From assembly GCA_017499595.2 (NCBI GenBank), contig CM039000.1, positions 1,302,001 through 1,366,000 on the forward strand: DNA of 64,000 nt. The letters are read 5' to 3'. Both the position numbers and the translations under genes were made by a program. This stretch comes from Psilocybe cubensis. Its lineage: Eukaryota. The notes below the pieces were generated by a model that saw nothing but the letters and a program-made list of their open reading frames with translations, searched no databases and had not been told where the DNA came from. The stretch's first letter is position 1; the number at the start of each line of letters is the position of its first letter. This document shows positions 35,342 to 48,231 of this stretch, piece by piece.

Positions 35342-37330
35342 ATCTTTTGTGTCAAAACCTGGCGAAGTGCAGAATTATAAAATGAAAATTGATTGTATTT
35401 TCCAAACAACGGAGAATTTAGGATGAGTGGGGATGCCACTATGTGTTGAAATCAAACACTAAGAGGCGAGAATTTCATAATCCTCAGGAACTGGATAATG
35501 TGTAACAAGCTGTAACAGTGTAGCGGAAGGATGAAAATGAAGAAAGCGTCAGAAGGTCTGCGACTGACCTAAGAAACACATCACGTGTCGGTAATTTACA
35601 GACGCGTACGTACGGCGACGTGCCAAGTGGTAGATTAAAGACAATTTTCAAAACTCCAATACGATTTTCTGCTGAAAAAGCTTACCTGAATAAGGTAGCC
35701 TCCAACAAAGCCACATATGCCAAAGAAACGGCAGCTAGTAATTCATAAAATCTGACGAGTTTCATTCAAATTTGTTAGAGATCTGGCAAATAATATTTGC
35801 TCGCCTGAGCTATTTGTAATTGACAAGGATTTCTCTTTCGTGTTCGACGAGATATTTAGCATTGATTTTCGTATACCCCATATCCCCGATACGCCTATTC
35901 AGGTATTTGATTTCCGTTGATTAACATCGGGGTCGAGATAATATGTTTCTAATTTTATCAGCTACTGTTTGTTCAAGAGTAATTGTGATCGAAGTGGATT
36001 TTGGTTTTGGAACATCTGCCCATCATGTACAATGGTATTCATTGTCTTGAAAAGCTCTGACTATCCAAGTTTAGCCCCTGGAAAGAAGGGGGCTCTGCAA
36101 GTTCTGTCGAGCTATCGAGTTGGGTACTTGTATCTTTCTCTGAAGTTGGACATGGTAAAAAGTTCGCGTCATTCCATGGCCTATCCTCATGAAGTGCACC
36201 ATGCGGGCATGGCATGTCATATTTTAACCCCTTCTTGTGCCACAGCAAAGAAGGTACCAATTAATATTAGTTTTACACATTGTATGTAACAGGACAGTAG
36301 TTGTCAATTCCAGAGTTGTTGTAGCATGTCAATTAATAACTGGACATGTATGTGTGAGGCTACCAGTGCGAGGCTACCAATACGGTGAGACGTATATAAT
36401 CAACGAAGCAAGTCTGTACGACGTTCATTCTCCTGGGATCAGATCTCCCCAAAGAAAGAATTCTGGCATTGCAAGGTTTGACTGTAAATATGACGTGATC
36501 GCCTTAGATTGTCATGCCGAACTGCTTTTTATAGTGGAGGCTTAGTATTCCCCAAGTAGCATTTAGTTCCTCGCCACTACAGACACACGATGGAGCAGAG
36601 TAGATAATTGTGAATATTTTCTGATCAAGTATTTGCGGGAACGTATATACGTTTTGACCCAGAAAGTTCGACCTCTTCCTTTTATGAGCTTATAGTTGAA
36701 CTACTGCATTGATATCTATTGATATATCTGTTGAAAACAGAACAAAGGGGAACAGACGACATGTTGAGATTCTTAGTTAGCCTAAATTTAGTATCTAGTC
36801 GAAGAATGTGTAGGATTTAAAGTCCAAATACTCCCGCTCTGTAGTATCGTAGCTTGGTATTTTCTGGTATCACATTTGCATATCCTTGGGCGCCTTGGTG
36901 CTTCTCCAAGCAGGGCGAGTACTCTCGAGTAGTTGTAGAAATTCCATGAGCCGACTTCTTTTTCTTCTTGGCTTAGTTGCAACAAATACAATATTCACTC
37001 TTATATGTTCCGATAAGGATTTTTTAACTCATTGACACTGCGCCGTCACCTGTGCCACCAGCAACATATGAGTAGGGAATGACGCCTTTGGTATCCAATA
37101 CATTCATGTGTACTTGTGTGAAGCGAATGGCAGATGTAATTTACGTCGTGCATTTGTGCCTAAACCAGTGTGCCTACACATTGCCATTGATCTCTGGCCA
37201 ACATCTTCAAACCACTAAACCAATGATAATTATAGAACGTTGTTCCTGGGAGCAAGTGTGGGGTCCTTCCATATATGGTAACTCATGGACTATTAACGGT
37301 CAACGGCGGGAGCTAAAATTACATATTCCG

Positions 37331-37340
37331 ATGGCGCCAT
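37331..37340. promoter_or_regulatory. Palindromic CYS3/MetR-type sulfur regulator site ATGGCGCCAT
   Basis: Perfect match to the ATGRYRYCAT consensus, ~400 bp upstream of the sulfate permease ATG. TATAAA lies at 37676-37681. Confidence 0.5.
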
Positions 37341-37738
37341 CCTGGTCTACAATGGCAACAGAGGTGCTCATTGATTTCACATACTTCACCAAACACGCTT
37401 ATCGAACTTAGCACCATTTGATGCGAATATCACAGATTCAAACTCCCCTCGACCATACAAATGCAGAAAATTCGTTAAAAAGCATACTTCCCTCCTGAGT
37501 CCTGACTAGCCTTCATCAAGAAAGGTCCGTATCTTGTTTGCGGTTTCATTTATTCGGATCGCTTGCTAAACAAATTTCGCTCTAAATTTCAGGGGCATTT
37601 CAGCGGTGTACGGTGCTTCGCTCCAACAGGCCGAATCGGATCGGGTGATAGATTTCCACCACCTGTAGGAGATACTATAAATTCGAGCCATCTATTTCCC
37701 CACTTCTGGTCTTGAGCGCTGTACCACCACTCCCAAAA

Positions 37739-40521
37739 ATGTCGATAGAAGCCGCAAAACGTTATGGGAAGCGTATCATCGGTTATCCAGAGACCACTGT
37801 ACCAGTTGCCTCCAGCATCGAATATGTCACCTCATCATTCAACAACCCTACTTCACGCGTAAGGAAAACATTCTTCCTCAAGCGTAGTGCCCCGAGCTAA
37901 AATCTTACTCTTTGATACTAGATTAAGACATATGTGATCAGTCTATTCCCCATTTTGTCGTGGATTGGAAAATACAGTCAGTTCTTCTTCCTTGAACAGT
38001 GCAATCTCTCTAATTATTAAACTTTGGAGTATAGACCTCGGGTGGCTCACTGGTGATGTAATTGCTGGTATTACTGTCGGCATGGTAGTTGTACCGCAGG
38101 GAATGTCCTATGCATTGGTAGGCTTTAATGTTGTTTTCTTTGACGATAGTCAATGACGGTATGACGTGTAAAAGATCGCGACTTTACCCGCGGAGTATGG
38201 CCTATATTCATCGTTCGTTGGGGTCCTCATCTATTGCGTAAGGCTTTCTCTGTTTCAGGTGTATGGACATTCGTTCATAGTTCTTCAGTTCTTCGCCACC
38301 TCCAAAGATGTCTCTATTGGGCCTGTCGCTGTCATGTCTCTTACTGTAGCTCAAGTCATCAAGCATGTGCAAGCCCGTGATCCCGGTCAATGGGACGGAC
38401 CCACAATTGCAAGTTTACTTGCTCTCATCACTGGATTCATTGTCCTTGGAATTGGTCTCCTGCGCCTCGGTTGGCTGGTGGAATTTATCTCTGCGCCAGC
38501 CGTTAGTGGGTTCATGACAGGTTCCGCCATTAGCATCGCAGCTGGCCAAGTACCAGGATTAATGGGAATAACTGGATTCGAGTGAGCTAGGCGATTTTTA
38601 TTCTCCATGGCGTTGTTTAACTTTTATGGTCACAGTACTCGTGCTGCCACATATAAAGTCATTATCAACACGCTTAAGAGACTGCCAATTACTAAAATTG
38701 ACGCAGCGTTTGGGATTACTGGCCTTGTCAGCCTGTACGCTATCCGCTACTTTTGCGTGTACATGAGCAAGAAGTATCCCCGAAGAGGTACGTATCAATT
38801 ATTGCAGACAGCTGCCCAATCTTATTTTTTTCCAGCTCGTCTTTTCTTCTTCATTAGCGTGTTGAGAAATGCGTTTGTCATTATCGTCTTGACTTTGGCT
38901 GCCTGGCTGTACTGCCGTCACAGGAAGACCGCGGCAGGCAAATATCCAATTAAGATCTTGCAAACCGTACCTCCAGGCTTCAAGCACGTTAAGCGACCTA
39001 CAATCGACGATCGACTCCTCGCTGCGATGGCCCCTGAGCTTCCTGTGGCAACAATCATTCTGCTTCTAGAACACATCGCTATTTCCAAATGTAAGTTTTA
39101 CAGCCTGCTTATTGTATCTAAACACTAAATGGTGTTTTAGCATTTGGAAGACTTAATGGATATAAAATTGACCCCAACCAGGAACTTATTGCCATAGGTG
39201 TTACAAATACCATTGGAAGTTGCTTTGGCGCATATCCTGCGACTGGATCCTTCTCTCGATCTGCGCTCAAATCAAAGTCCGGTGTCCGTACCCCAGCTGC
39301 CGGTATTTTGACTGCAATCATTGTCATCACTGCCTTGTACGGTTTAACCGATGCGTTCTTCTGGATTCCCTCCGCTGGATTATCCGCTATCATCATTCAT
39401 GCTGTGGCTGATCTTGTGGCATCACCAGCCCAGGTAAGAAAAATTCAAAATATTAATACCAGAAATTTGTTTATCTCACCTTTTCTTAGGTGTATTCCTA
39501 TTGGCGGGTTTCTCCTCTGGAATGGGTCATCTGGGTAGCGGCCGTTTTAGTTACCATTTTCTCGTCAATCGAGAATGGAATCTATACCTCAATTGCGGCG
39601 TCATTGGTTCTACTGCTAATTCGCGTTGCCCACCCCCGCGGGTCATTCTTGGGAAAAGTCACTGTTCGTGACAGCGGATCGGAAGACCAGGCTACTCGAG
39701 AAGTCTTCCTGCCTCTAAGCAAAGGTGGAATCGTCAACTCCGACATCAAGGTTACGCCTCCTTCCCCTGGTGTTCTCGTTTATCGATTTGAAGAGAGTTA
39801 CCTTTATCCCAACTCTTCCATTGTCAACTCTGCTCTCGTCGACTATGTCAAAGAGAACATGAGGAGAGGGCGCGACATGTCTAACGTCAGCCTTAGTGAG
39901 AGACCTTGGAACGACCCTGGTCCTAGTCGCCGAGGAGCTGAAGATGATCAGGCTGAAAATGAGAAGAAGCCAATCCTACACGCTATCGTCCTAGATTTCT
40001 CCACAGTGTGAGTAATAGTCCACGAATATCTACTTCTCAATTTTCTGATGGGCTGTTTCAATAGATCTCACCTTGATACCACAGCTACACAAGCTCTAAT
40101 CGACACTCGCACAGAAATAGAAAAATGGGCTGACCACCCAGTAGAGGTACGCGATATTATGCAACTCCGAATGTTTCCATCTTTAACAATTCTTCTTTTC
40201 TCCCAGTTCCACTTTGCTTCTGTCCTTTCTCCATGGATCCGCCGCGCCCTCATCGCTGGTGGGTTTGGAACAGGTATCTCTGCCTCAAAAACACATGACA
40301 TCGCTGCTGTCGTTCCCTATCGCGACGGCGCCGAAGAACTACCGCGGTTCTCTAAAGAGAGGGATGACGTCGAGTCTCTCAAGAATTTGAAGGGGCGGTC
40401 ATCACCCTCACCTTCAAAAGACGGATACGTCGATGTTATTTCCAGCGATACACCCTTCTTCCACATTGACCTTGCGGGTGCTGTGAAAGCTGCTGAGTCA
40501 GGACTTCATCGTGTTCTCTAA
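37739..40521 (+). CDS. Sulfate permease (SulP/SLC26 with STAS domain)
   Basis: GWLTGDVIAGITVGMVVVPQGMSYA; EYGLYSSFVG; FATSKDVSIGPVAVMS; FISAPAVSGFMTGSA; LEHIAISK; YPATGSFSRSALKS; VYRFEESYLYPN; IVLDFSTV/SHLDTT. Confidence 0.97.
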
Positions 40522-41148
40522 TTTCTTCAGGTGTCTTTGTAACAAAGTTAGCGTTTACATCTCTCTCCCTGCCGATGGGATATATTTTTTAACAATACCA
40601 CGTTGACTGTTTACGGGGCCGTTACGCCGTGGACAATGTTTTCAAGATGACAGGATGGATGACGATTTGTTATTTAAATTTATTGTTTCAAAAGCTTTGA
40701 CTTTGTATCCCATGTTATATCTACTATAGCCAGTATAGTGCACACTATCATGAAATTTAACGATTGCATTGATTTCATCTTCTAATATATATAAACAATG
40801 AGAGGAACAATTTAACGGTGCAAACTCTCGTAGCTTGTGCGAAATCAGGGAACCGCAAAAGAAAAGTACGAGTTACCGGCTGGTTCACGCTTTGGGGTTT
40901 GTTTTGGACTTGCTGCAACTGTTATGAGCCCTTATTGGTTTAACTCTACAATTTCTATAATTTCGATTAACGATTTATAAAGGAGAATTTTTTTCGAGGG
41001 ACTGAAGGCCTCCAAATGAATGCAAAACAGGCATTGGCCATTTTTTTGTTCAAGCTCTATACAAGCGGGCCGGAAAGCCGAAAGTCGCGTGTTGTGAGTC
41101 GCGAGACAAACAGCTACTTACGAACGGAGCAAACGAAAAGTCAGCGTT

Positions 41149-42381
41149 ATGTTCAGACTTCTTCTCCGTTCATCACATCCGCCCTCTTTAACGCGGTATT
41201 TTCATACTCAGCGCCCTATTCAGGCAGGGCACAACAAAGTGAGTTTTTGAGGACCTTTCTAGGAGTCCCTCATGCGTAGCAGTCATCAGACGACTAACTA
41301 ACGCAACAACAGTGGTCTAAAATCAAGGACAAAAAAGGTGCCAATGACGCACAGAAAAGCGTTCTCTATACCAGAATGAATCGAGTGGGCCCTTTTCAAC
41401 TTATCTAGGGTTCAAACCATGTCTATAATGGATTGACAGGAAATTATCAATGCTGTTAAAGGTCGGCCGTTAATGTTCAAACCAGGACGTTGGGAAGATT
41501 CCTTTTAACAATAACAAACACGCTCTACAGTCGGCGGCTCTGCAGACCCAGAGAAGAATTCAATGCTCGCAACGACATTGAAGAAGGCAAGAGAACAGGG
41601 GGTTCCTAAGGATAATATAGAAAAGGCACTCGCAAAGGTATTTCCCTCCGGATATACAACATGCTTCGACGAAAGTCATTTTCTCTATTCCCAGGCTGCA
41701 GGAGGCAAAGATCAAACGGGTGAACGCATTGTATACGAGGCGCTTGCATTTAAGTCTGTGGGGATCATCATGTACGATTAACTATCTGCTTCGCTAGCTG
41801 GATAATTTTCATTGTGTCGAACAGTGAATGCGTCACCGACAACATCAATCGCACAATTCACAACGTACGAGAAGTTCTGACTGCTCATGGGTGCGTCGAG
41901 TTTCTCGATACTCCATAAAAAAACTAAATAATCTATAATAGCGCACACATGACGCCTGTTAATTTCATGTTCAATCACGTAGGCTGCTTGACAGTCGAAG
42001 TAGTAGACGAGGCGGGAGATGGAGACTTCAGCAAATTCGAAGAATTTGTGCTAAATCTTGATGTCATTGACTTAAAGCAAGACAATTCATCAAACCTGGG
42101 TGGGGTTTTCAGGGTTAATTCTTTTATACTTCGGTATACTTCCATCGATCTAATCGTCATTGCAGGTATATTGCCAACCATCGAATTTAGCTGAACTTCA
42201 AACCGCTATCGAAAATAAAAAGGCATCCGGAATAACACTACGATCATCAGAACTAACGTACGTTCCAGTGGATAGCTCGCCAGATGGCGGAGAATTGCAA
42301 AATCAGGTACAAGAGCTTGTCCAGGACCTCGAGGATATCGAGGATATAACCAAGGTCTGGACAACACAAGATTCGTCATAG
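41149..42381 (+). CDS. YebC/TACO1-family translational activator, with mitochondrial presequence
   Basis: Arg/Ser-rich presequence MFRLLLRSS..., then AGHNK/WSKIKDKKGANDAQKS; GGSADPEKNSMLA..LKKAREQGVPKDNIEKAL; YEA; ECVTDN.NRT; LEDIEDITKVWT. Confidence 0.92.
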
Positions 42382-42425
42382 AGGTTTTCCAATACAAACT
42401 TCCTGTCCTTTCCTGAGGATCCTCA

Positions 42426-43944
42426 CTATTTGGCGTTAGCCCACTCTGGTTTGAGGTTTATCCATGCTCCGCCATCTTTCCCACCAACTTCCACTATGCC
42501 CAATTTCACGGCAATCATGACATATTGCTTGAACCTCTCAACACCCACTTTCTTGAACACGTTGGCCTTTGCTACTTCAAGTCCAATAATAGAGCGTAAT
42601 GGGCGAATGTTGCCCTCTGCGCGACATTTTTGCAGGATCTGGACTAGGACCTTGAAGTGGTCAGGAACGACGGGGTCTGGAACTGTTCGTTCACTACTAA
42701 TCTCTACAGTGGACAGAGGGGCTTGAGCGTCGATGGGAAAAGAATTTCCCAATATTGATGATGCTTCTATGCAAAAAGGTTTTCTGGGGACATTTGTAGA
42801 TGACGACGCGGCATTGGCATTTTTATGAGACCACATTGAGGTGTTGGAAGGTCTGGGAGACGAATGGGAAATATCAATTCCTGTGGGCGCTACAAATGGC
42901 CTATTTAACCCCTTAAAAAATGGAGTATCACCGTGTGGAATTCCCACTTCGGTTTGAACTACATTTGAAGATATCGGGTTCGCCTTCGGGCTTGGGGGCG
43001 GCGATGTCTTGGGCAGGTAAACAGAGTCACTCCAAGAGAGCGCAGTTGCGAGCCGTTGTTCTGTTGCCAAAGGCGTTTTACTTGGACTCGGAGCACAGTC
43101 AAGGGGATATGATGGGTATGCCCAACGAGGTCGAGGAATTGTTGGTAAATCAGACTCGAACTGTTTCAAAGGGCCAACCGTTTCAGGCGTGAGCTTGTTG
43201 AACATGTCTCTGGGAGAGTTTGTGACCATATGGATTGGAGGAACCTCTATTGAGGAGGGCTTGGGCATAGGTACAGGTGCAGGTGCAACTGAGGCGACTG
43301 GCTCAAAGACATTAGCAGGCGTATCGTCATTCGAGAGTGACATCACTATGTCAGTCCACCTCAGGCAAACAGAGGCTTGAGATGTGAGGCTTGGGTGTGC
43401 ATGGGGTAATGTAACGAGCACCAAGCGGTAGCGCCGAAGTCTGAGAATGGACATGGCATACGCAAAATCGCGGTCACCTGTTATTAAGATGATAGTGGAT
43501 GGAACCGGGTTATCGAGGGCATGCGCAAGCATATCGACTTGTATATCATGAATATGATTAAAAACCAGAGGTAATTCCGTTTAAAGGGGCTTGCAATGCC
43601 TTACCAATAATCATCTTGTCTGCGACATCTTTCCTACCGTTGTGCGGGCAATCGACTAATGACACCCCTGACGACTGGAGCTCAGACCGCATAAGCAAGG
43701 TTTTCGACGGTGTTTGCTCGGTGACTTCAAGGTAAGCTTTCAGTGACCTAACACTTCCGTAGGGCTCAGCTAAGTTTCTAAGACAATCCACCGCTGCATA
43801 GCCAGATGTATTGGACGGGACGGGGCAGTTCTCTTCTCATGGTGACGGGAGGCAAGTAATCCTTGAGAAATGCCACAGGTATGTTGATGCAAACTTACCA
43901 TAATCCCAAAATATGGCAACGTTATCCAATATTGCTTTAGTCAT
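42426..43944 (-). CDS. NYN-domain (PIN-like/Limkain-b1-type) protein 1 with C-terminal small helical (LOTUS/HTH-like) domain
   Basis: VAIFWDY/ENCP..; ELQSSGVSLVDCPHNGRKDVADKMII/VDM; ILITGDRDFAYAMSILRLRRY; C-terminal FKVLVQIL..PLRSIIG..GVERFKQYV.IAVKLGIV. Confidence 0.9.
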
Positions 43945-44536
43945 TTTGAAGGTATTCGTGATAGAGAGGGGTGGGGTTGTAATGGACGACTCAGGAATGG
44001 TTTCCTTCGGAGCACACAGAAGTAGGAGGCACGCTACCGATTGATGGTACACATACATGCATTGGACCATGTGCATGCCACCAAGCGTATGCGCACAGGT
44101 TGAGGTGTCCAAAAATACCACATATATTTCTAGTGTCGACTGTAATGAAGCGCTGCGAGCTCATACAGCAATCTTTTCTACTGACTCTGTGCGTTGAAAT
44201 TTCATTGTCAGTTGCTAGAGGGCGCTTCATGATTATAAAATAAAACGCAATTCGCAGTGCTCGATTAAACGAAGAACCTATTGCCTACACCAATGACTGT
44301 AGTGAATATTGCGAGTCTGATTAATTGAAGTATGTCGCAAATTTCAAGAGTCTGGTCGGAGTATGCAGAGCAGATATGCTTCGAGTAGTGCAGTTGTGGT
44401 CAAGGACCAAAAATATACTACAGGTCCTCCTCAAGGACCATATACATAATAAGACAAGTGTTCATGGTGTTTTCTCAAATTTCATTTGGGAGTGTATTAT
44501 GGGATGCCATCATCATCCACTACTTATAATATAGAC

Positions 44537-46785
44537 TCACATAAGCGAAGGGTGAAGTGCAACGCCTGGTTCGTCCTCCACGATTCTTTCGACTACCACA
44601 CCCGCAGTCACAGCTTTTGAGATGTACGCCCCAAATCTGGACACCCCAGCCTGCTGATAAAGGTTGGGATTCTTCTTGACCAGTCTGGCTCCTAGCCAAC
44701 TTTTCGTGACGCCTGTCGGGTGACGCTTTCGTTCCTCGCGCAGCGTTTGTACTAGAGTGGCGTATATTGCTGGTACAACTTGGGGTGTGCTGGAACTTGC
44801 AGGCGCAACTGTGGGTGTGCTGGATCTGGTAGGCACGACTTGGGGTGTACTTGATCTGGCAGGTGCAACTTGGGGTGTGCTTGATCTGGCAGGTGCAACT
44901 TGGGGTGTGCTGGGTCTGGAGGCTGGAATGGATGTCGCCGTCGTGTTGGCCCTCGACCTCTTGGGAGGGGTTGGAGAAGGCGCGGGGGCAGGCTTGACAG
45001 CAGTTGCTACGGGCGGGATGAAAGGCATGGCTGGTTTTGATTGCACCGTAGGTGGACTAGGAGTTTTCCTCTCTGCCGTAGCTGTCGAAGGCACAGGGGT
45101 ACTAACAGACTGCACGGGTTTAAAAGCCTCAAAAATTATTGGACTCGTGGCTTTGGACTCCTTATGCTTCGCAGTGAATTCGTCAATTTTTTCTGCAGTC
45201 GCACTGCCAGTGGCGGAGGCAGCGGTTTCTGAAGAATTTTGGCGCGACGAAGCTACGGTGCCATGGGTTAAGGTAGGCGCTGGCTTTGGACTATCTATTT
45301 TTTTGCTTGACGGAGGTTTGATCGTCAAATCACTCTTGTCAGCGAGAGACGCCGGATCAGCAGAAGTTGGTGCTGTCGACACCTCGGTGTGCAAAGCAGA
45401 AAAACGTGTGAGAGATTCTGACTTGGAGGAAGGAGACATACTCAGTGTCCCTGAGAATTTTTCTGCGATCTGACGAGGAGACTTGGGAGGAGGAGATTTA
45501 GAAAAGTGGAATGGATCAGAACTCCCAAACGGCTCAAAGATGCTGCCTGAATAAGGAACGCTCTTAGGAAACTCGGCAGGAATGAGCGGGAATATGTTCT
45601 CTGGTTCATAGATCTGAGCATCCTTCTGCTTTCCTTTGTTTGTTGAGGGAAGTACGAAGGCTTCTTCACGAGGTGTTGGTGGGTTTGTCGAGTACTGGAT
45701 GTTGGGAGGCGCCGAGTCCGCTCTCGACTGCGCTCCGCCTTGAGACCGCGTTCGAGGGAACAACGGGCCGTCTCCGAGGCCAAAAGACCCAATTCCAACA
45801 GCAGTCACAGGATAGTCGCGATCAAGATCACCAAAAACGCTGTACTTGCGCGCATCGTACGACGAGAATAGCGAGTTCCGACGCCCACGCAGGGGTCCGT
45901 TATGGTCTGCCATGGGTAGCTCGGTGTTGGATTTCATGCCGGCGTGGGCAAGCACGCCGCCTCCGCCTCCGCCTCCGCGATCTTTGGATGCCGATTTGAG
46001 GGTGCTGTTGGTGTTGGTGGTGTTGGTGGCTGATATGTATTGGACGTGCGTGTGAGTGTCGTTCGTCGTTTCAGATTGACGCCGCATACCAAAGGACGAA
46101 GAGATCGGGGGGTCTTTGGGCGGCAGATGAGGCTCGGGGGAATCTGTCGGTCCATTATCCATTCCAAGCACAACTCGACTCCAATCTAATTGCGCTGACG
46201 CCTGTGCAGTTAAATCTAGATGTGTCGCCGTAGGACAGATGATGATGACTCTATATCGGCGTGTTCGTAGAGTCGAAACTGCATATGCTAGGTCTCGATC
46301 TCCAGTGATAATCAGAAATGTATATGGCGGTTTATGGTCCCATGCATTGATAAGAATATCCACTGAACAGAGAAAATGAATCCTGCTTAGCACAGTAGTT
46401 TGGACATCGGGTGCGATGGTGGCGCACCTAGCATGATTTTCGTGCAGAGTTCTTTTCGGCCATCGCTTGGACAATCTACTAACGATACACCCGATGACGA
46501 CAGTTCCGAACGAATGTTCGTGGATTTAAGCCCAAAGGAGGGTGTCAATGAGAAATCGGAGTATGCTCGAAATGATTTTATGGGTCCAAAGGGCGCAATA
46601 GCCGCTCGGATGTTTTTCACAAGATCATAGGTGGACACAGCACCACTAGCGCTCGTTGATCGAGTGGTGTCTGGGAGAGTAGAATACACCTTAGCCAAGC
46701 TAGAGGAATACTGGGAAAGCATTGTACACGAACCATAGTCCCAATATATAGCGATATCTTCTTGGTCATAACGATGAACAGCCAT
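44537..46785 (-). CDS. NYN-domain protein 2 (tandem paralogue, degenerate active-site motifs)
   Basis: IAIYWDY/DTTR..; ELSSSGVSLVDCPSDGRKELCTKIML/VDI; IITGDRDLAYAVSTLRTRRY; long S/T/P linker; C-terminal YATLVQTL..SWLGARL..GVSRFGAYISKAVTAGVV. Confidence 0.88.
44775..44924 (-). repeat. Coding minisatellite, 5 x 30 bp (SSTPQVAPAR-like decapeptide)
   Basis: Units such as gcaacttggggtgtgcttgatctggcaggt repeated five times with substitutions. Confidence 0.92.
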
Positions 46786-47478
46786 AAGATTGAGGTCTGC
46801 CCTCGCAAAATAGTTGGAAAATGAAGACGAAGTTGGTCTTGGAATCAGCGTTTTTTAAACTTGCTCTTGGTAGGAACCTAAAGGAAGGCTGCAGTTGATT
46901 GTGCATGCCGCATCCACGCGGGTAAGGCAAGTAAAGAAGAATGTCGTACACAACATCAGACCACGTGTAGGTCAACCCGCAAATAACCTCAAGGTATGCT
47001 AGAACCAGCATAGAAACAGCCATGAAAAGGGTACACAAAGTTTCTGGCACCTCCGTCAACGATCAGGAACAATTGGATGTCGCGGAAATTCAAGATAGGA
47101 AGCAGAGAAGCGCAGTGAAGACCACAAGTATATGAAAGAGGCGGGTCCTTGCCGCGCATAGAAGAGCAAAATGATGAAGAATTTGATACTTTCCACCAAT
47201 GGACAGTCAGGTCGCGTAGAGATACATTCAATAAATTAAGCATGTTGACAGAGAGTACCGCTTGTTGAGACCAGTTACGTTGTGATGTATCAAGAAAAAA
47301 TAGCTTTCTGTAGAAAAGGCGAGAACAAGTGTGGTTATAAAGAACATGCATTGAAAATGTGACTTAGCGAATTGAATACACCACAGCCGTTTTCATGCCA
47401 AAATAGCAAGCGCACAAGAGGAGAATCCGATAGATATTAGATAGTGGGTACAAGAACAAGACTGGAAAATGGTAGGTA

Positions 47479-47967
47479 TTATTGGATTGACTTCCCCAAT
47501 CTCGAAAGATGGTAATTGATGGTAGGTTTGTGCGACTTCTTGGGCATTGGCTATATTTTGCGCGTATTGGTGCAGGACGAAGAGAATATAGTGTTTCATA
47601 TCCGATGTGCAAGCCAGAAAACGCGCGAATAATTATGAATTGTGGAGACAGCACAGGGAAGGCGCAAGTAAGGGTCCAGGATACAGAGGTTGAAACTGTG
47701 TGTCAGAGTCCTTGTAGAGATAAAGGAGTCAAGATGCTCACCGTCCTTCTCATGCACTCGAACAGAATCTGGGCGTGTTCTTTACAGTCCTTGACCGAAG
47801 TAATGTCTTGGGTAGCTGTCCAACAGGCGAGCATGGCGGTAAGCTGAGGCGTGCATACGGCGCCCTGTACAACTATTTTCGAGACATTAAGCAGCAATTC
47901 ATATGAAAAGGGATAAATACACACATTTTCGCGGCCTAACCTTGAGTTTCTCGATGTGGATAGGCAT
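47479..47967 (-). CDS. MRP10: Mitochondrial ribosomal small-subunit protein mS37 (twin Cx9C)
   Basis: Three exons give MPIHIEKLKVRPRKFVQGAVCTPQLTAMLACWTATQDITSVKDCKEHAQILFECMRRTPMPKKSHKPTINYHLSRLGKSIQ*. Confidence 0.88.
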
Positions 47968-48231
47968 TACTACGACTCGGAGGACAAGAGAGGGAGCAAC
48001 ACATAAAATTCGGGAAGTATCGCTCACGTGATTTTGCCAAATTGGGGAGACTCGACAATGTGCAACGCCGCAATCGAGGAATGACATCGGAATTGCTCAC
48101 GTTCCTCCACGTCGTCTCGATTCTCGACGGAACTTCAGCCTGCTTATTCATCCTATATACATCTCTTTCTCAAACAATCCTTGCCTTAATTTTTCTCTCA
48201 GTTTACTCTACGAACGGTCTTTGTACCAAAT

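Noticed and set aside
44757..45473. 238-aa plus-strand ORF with a repeated GATWGVLDLA motif
   Set aside because: Antisense shadow of the NYN2 repeat/linker.
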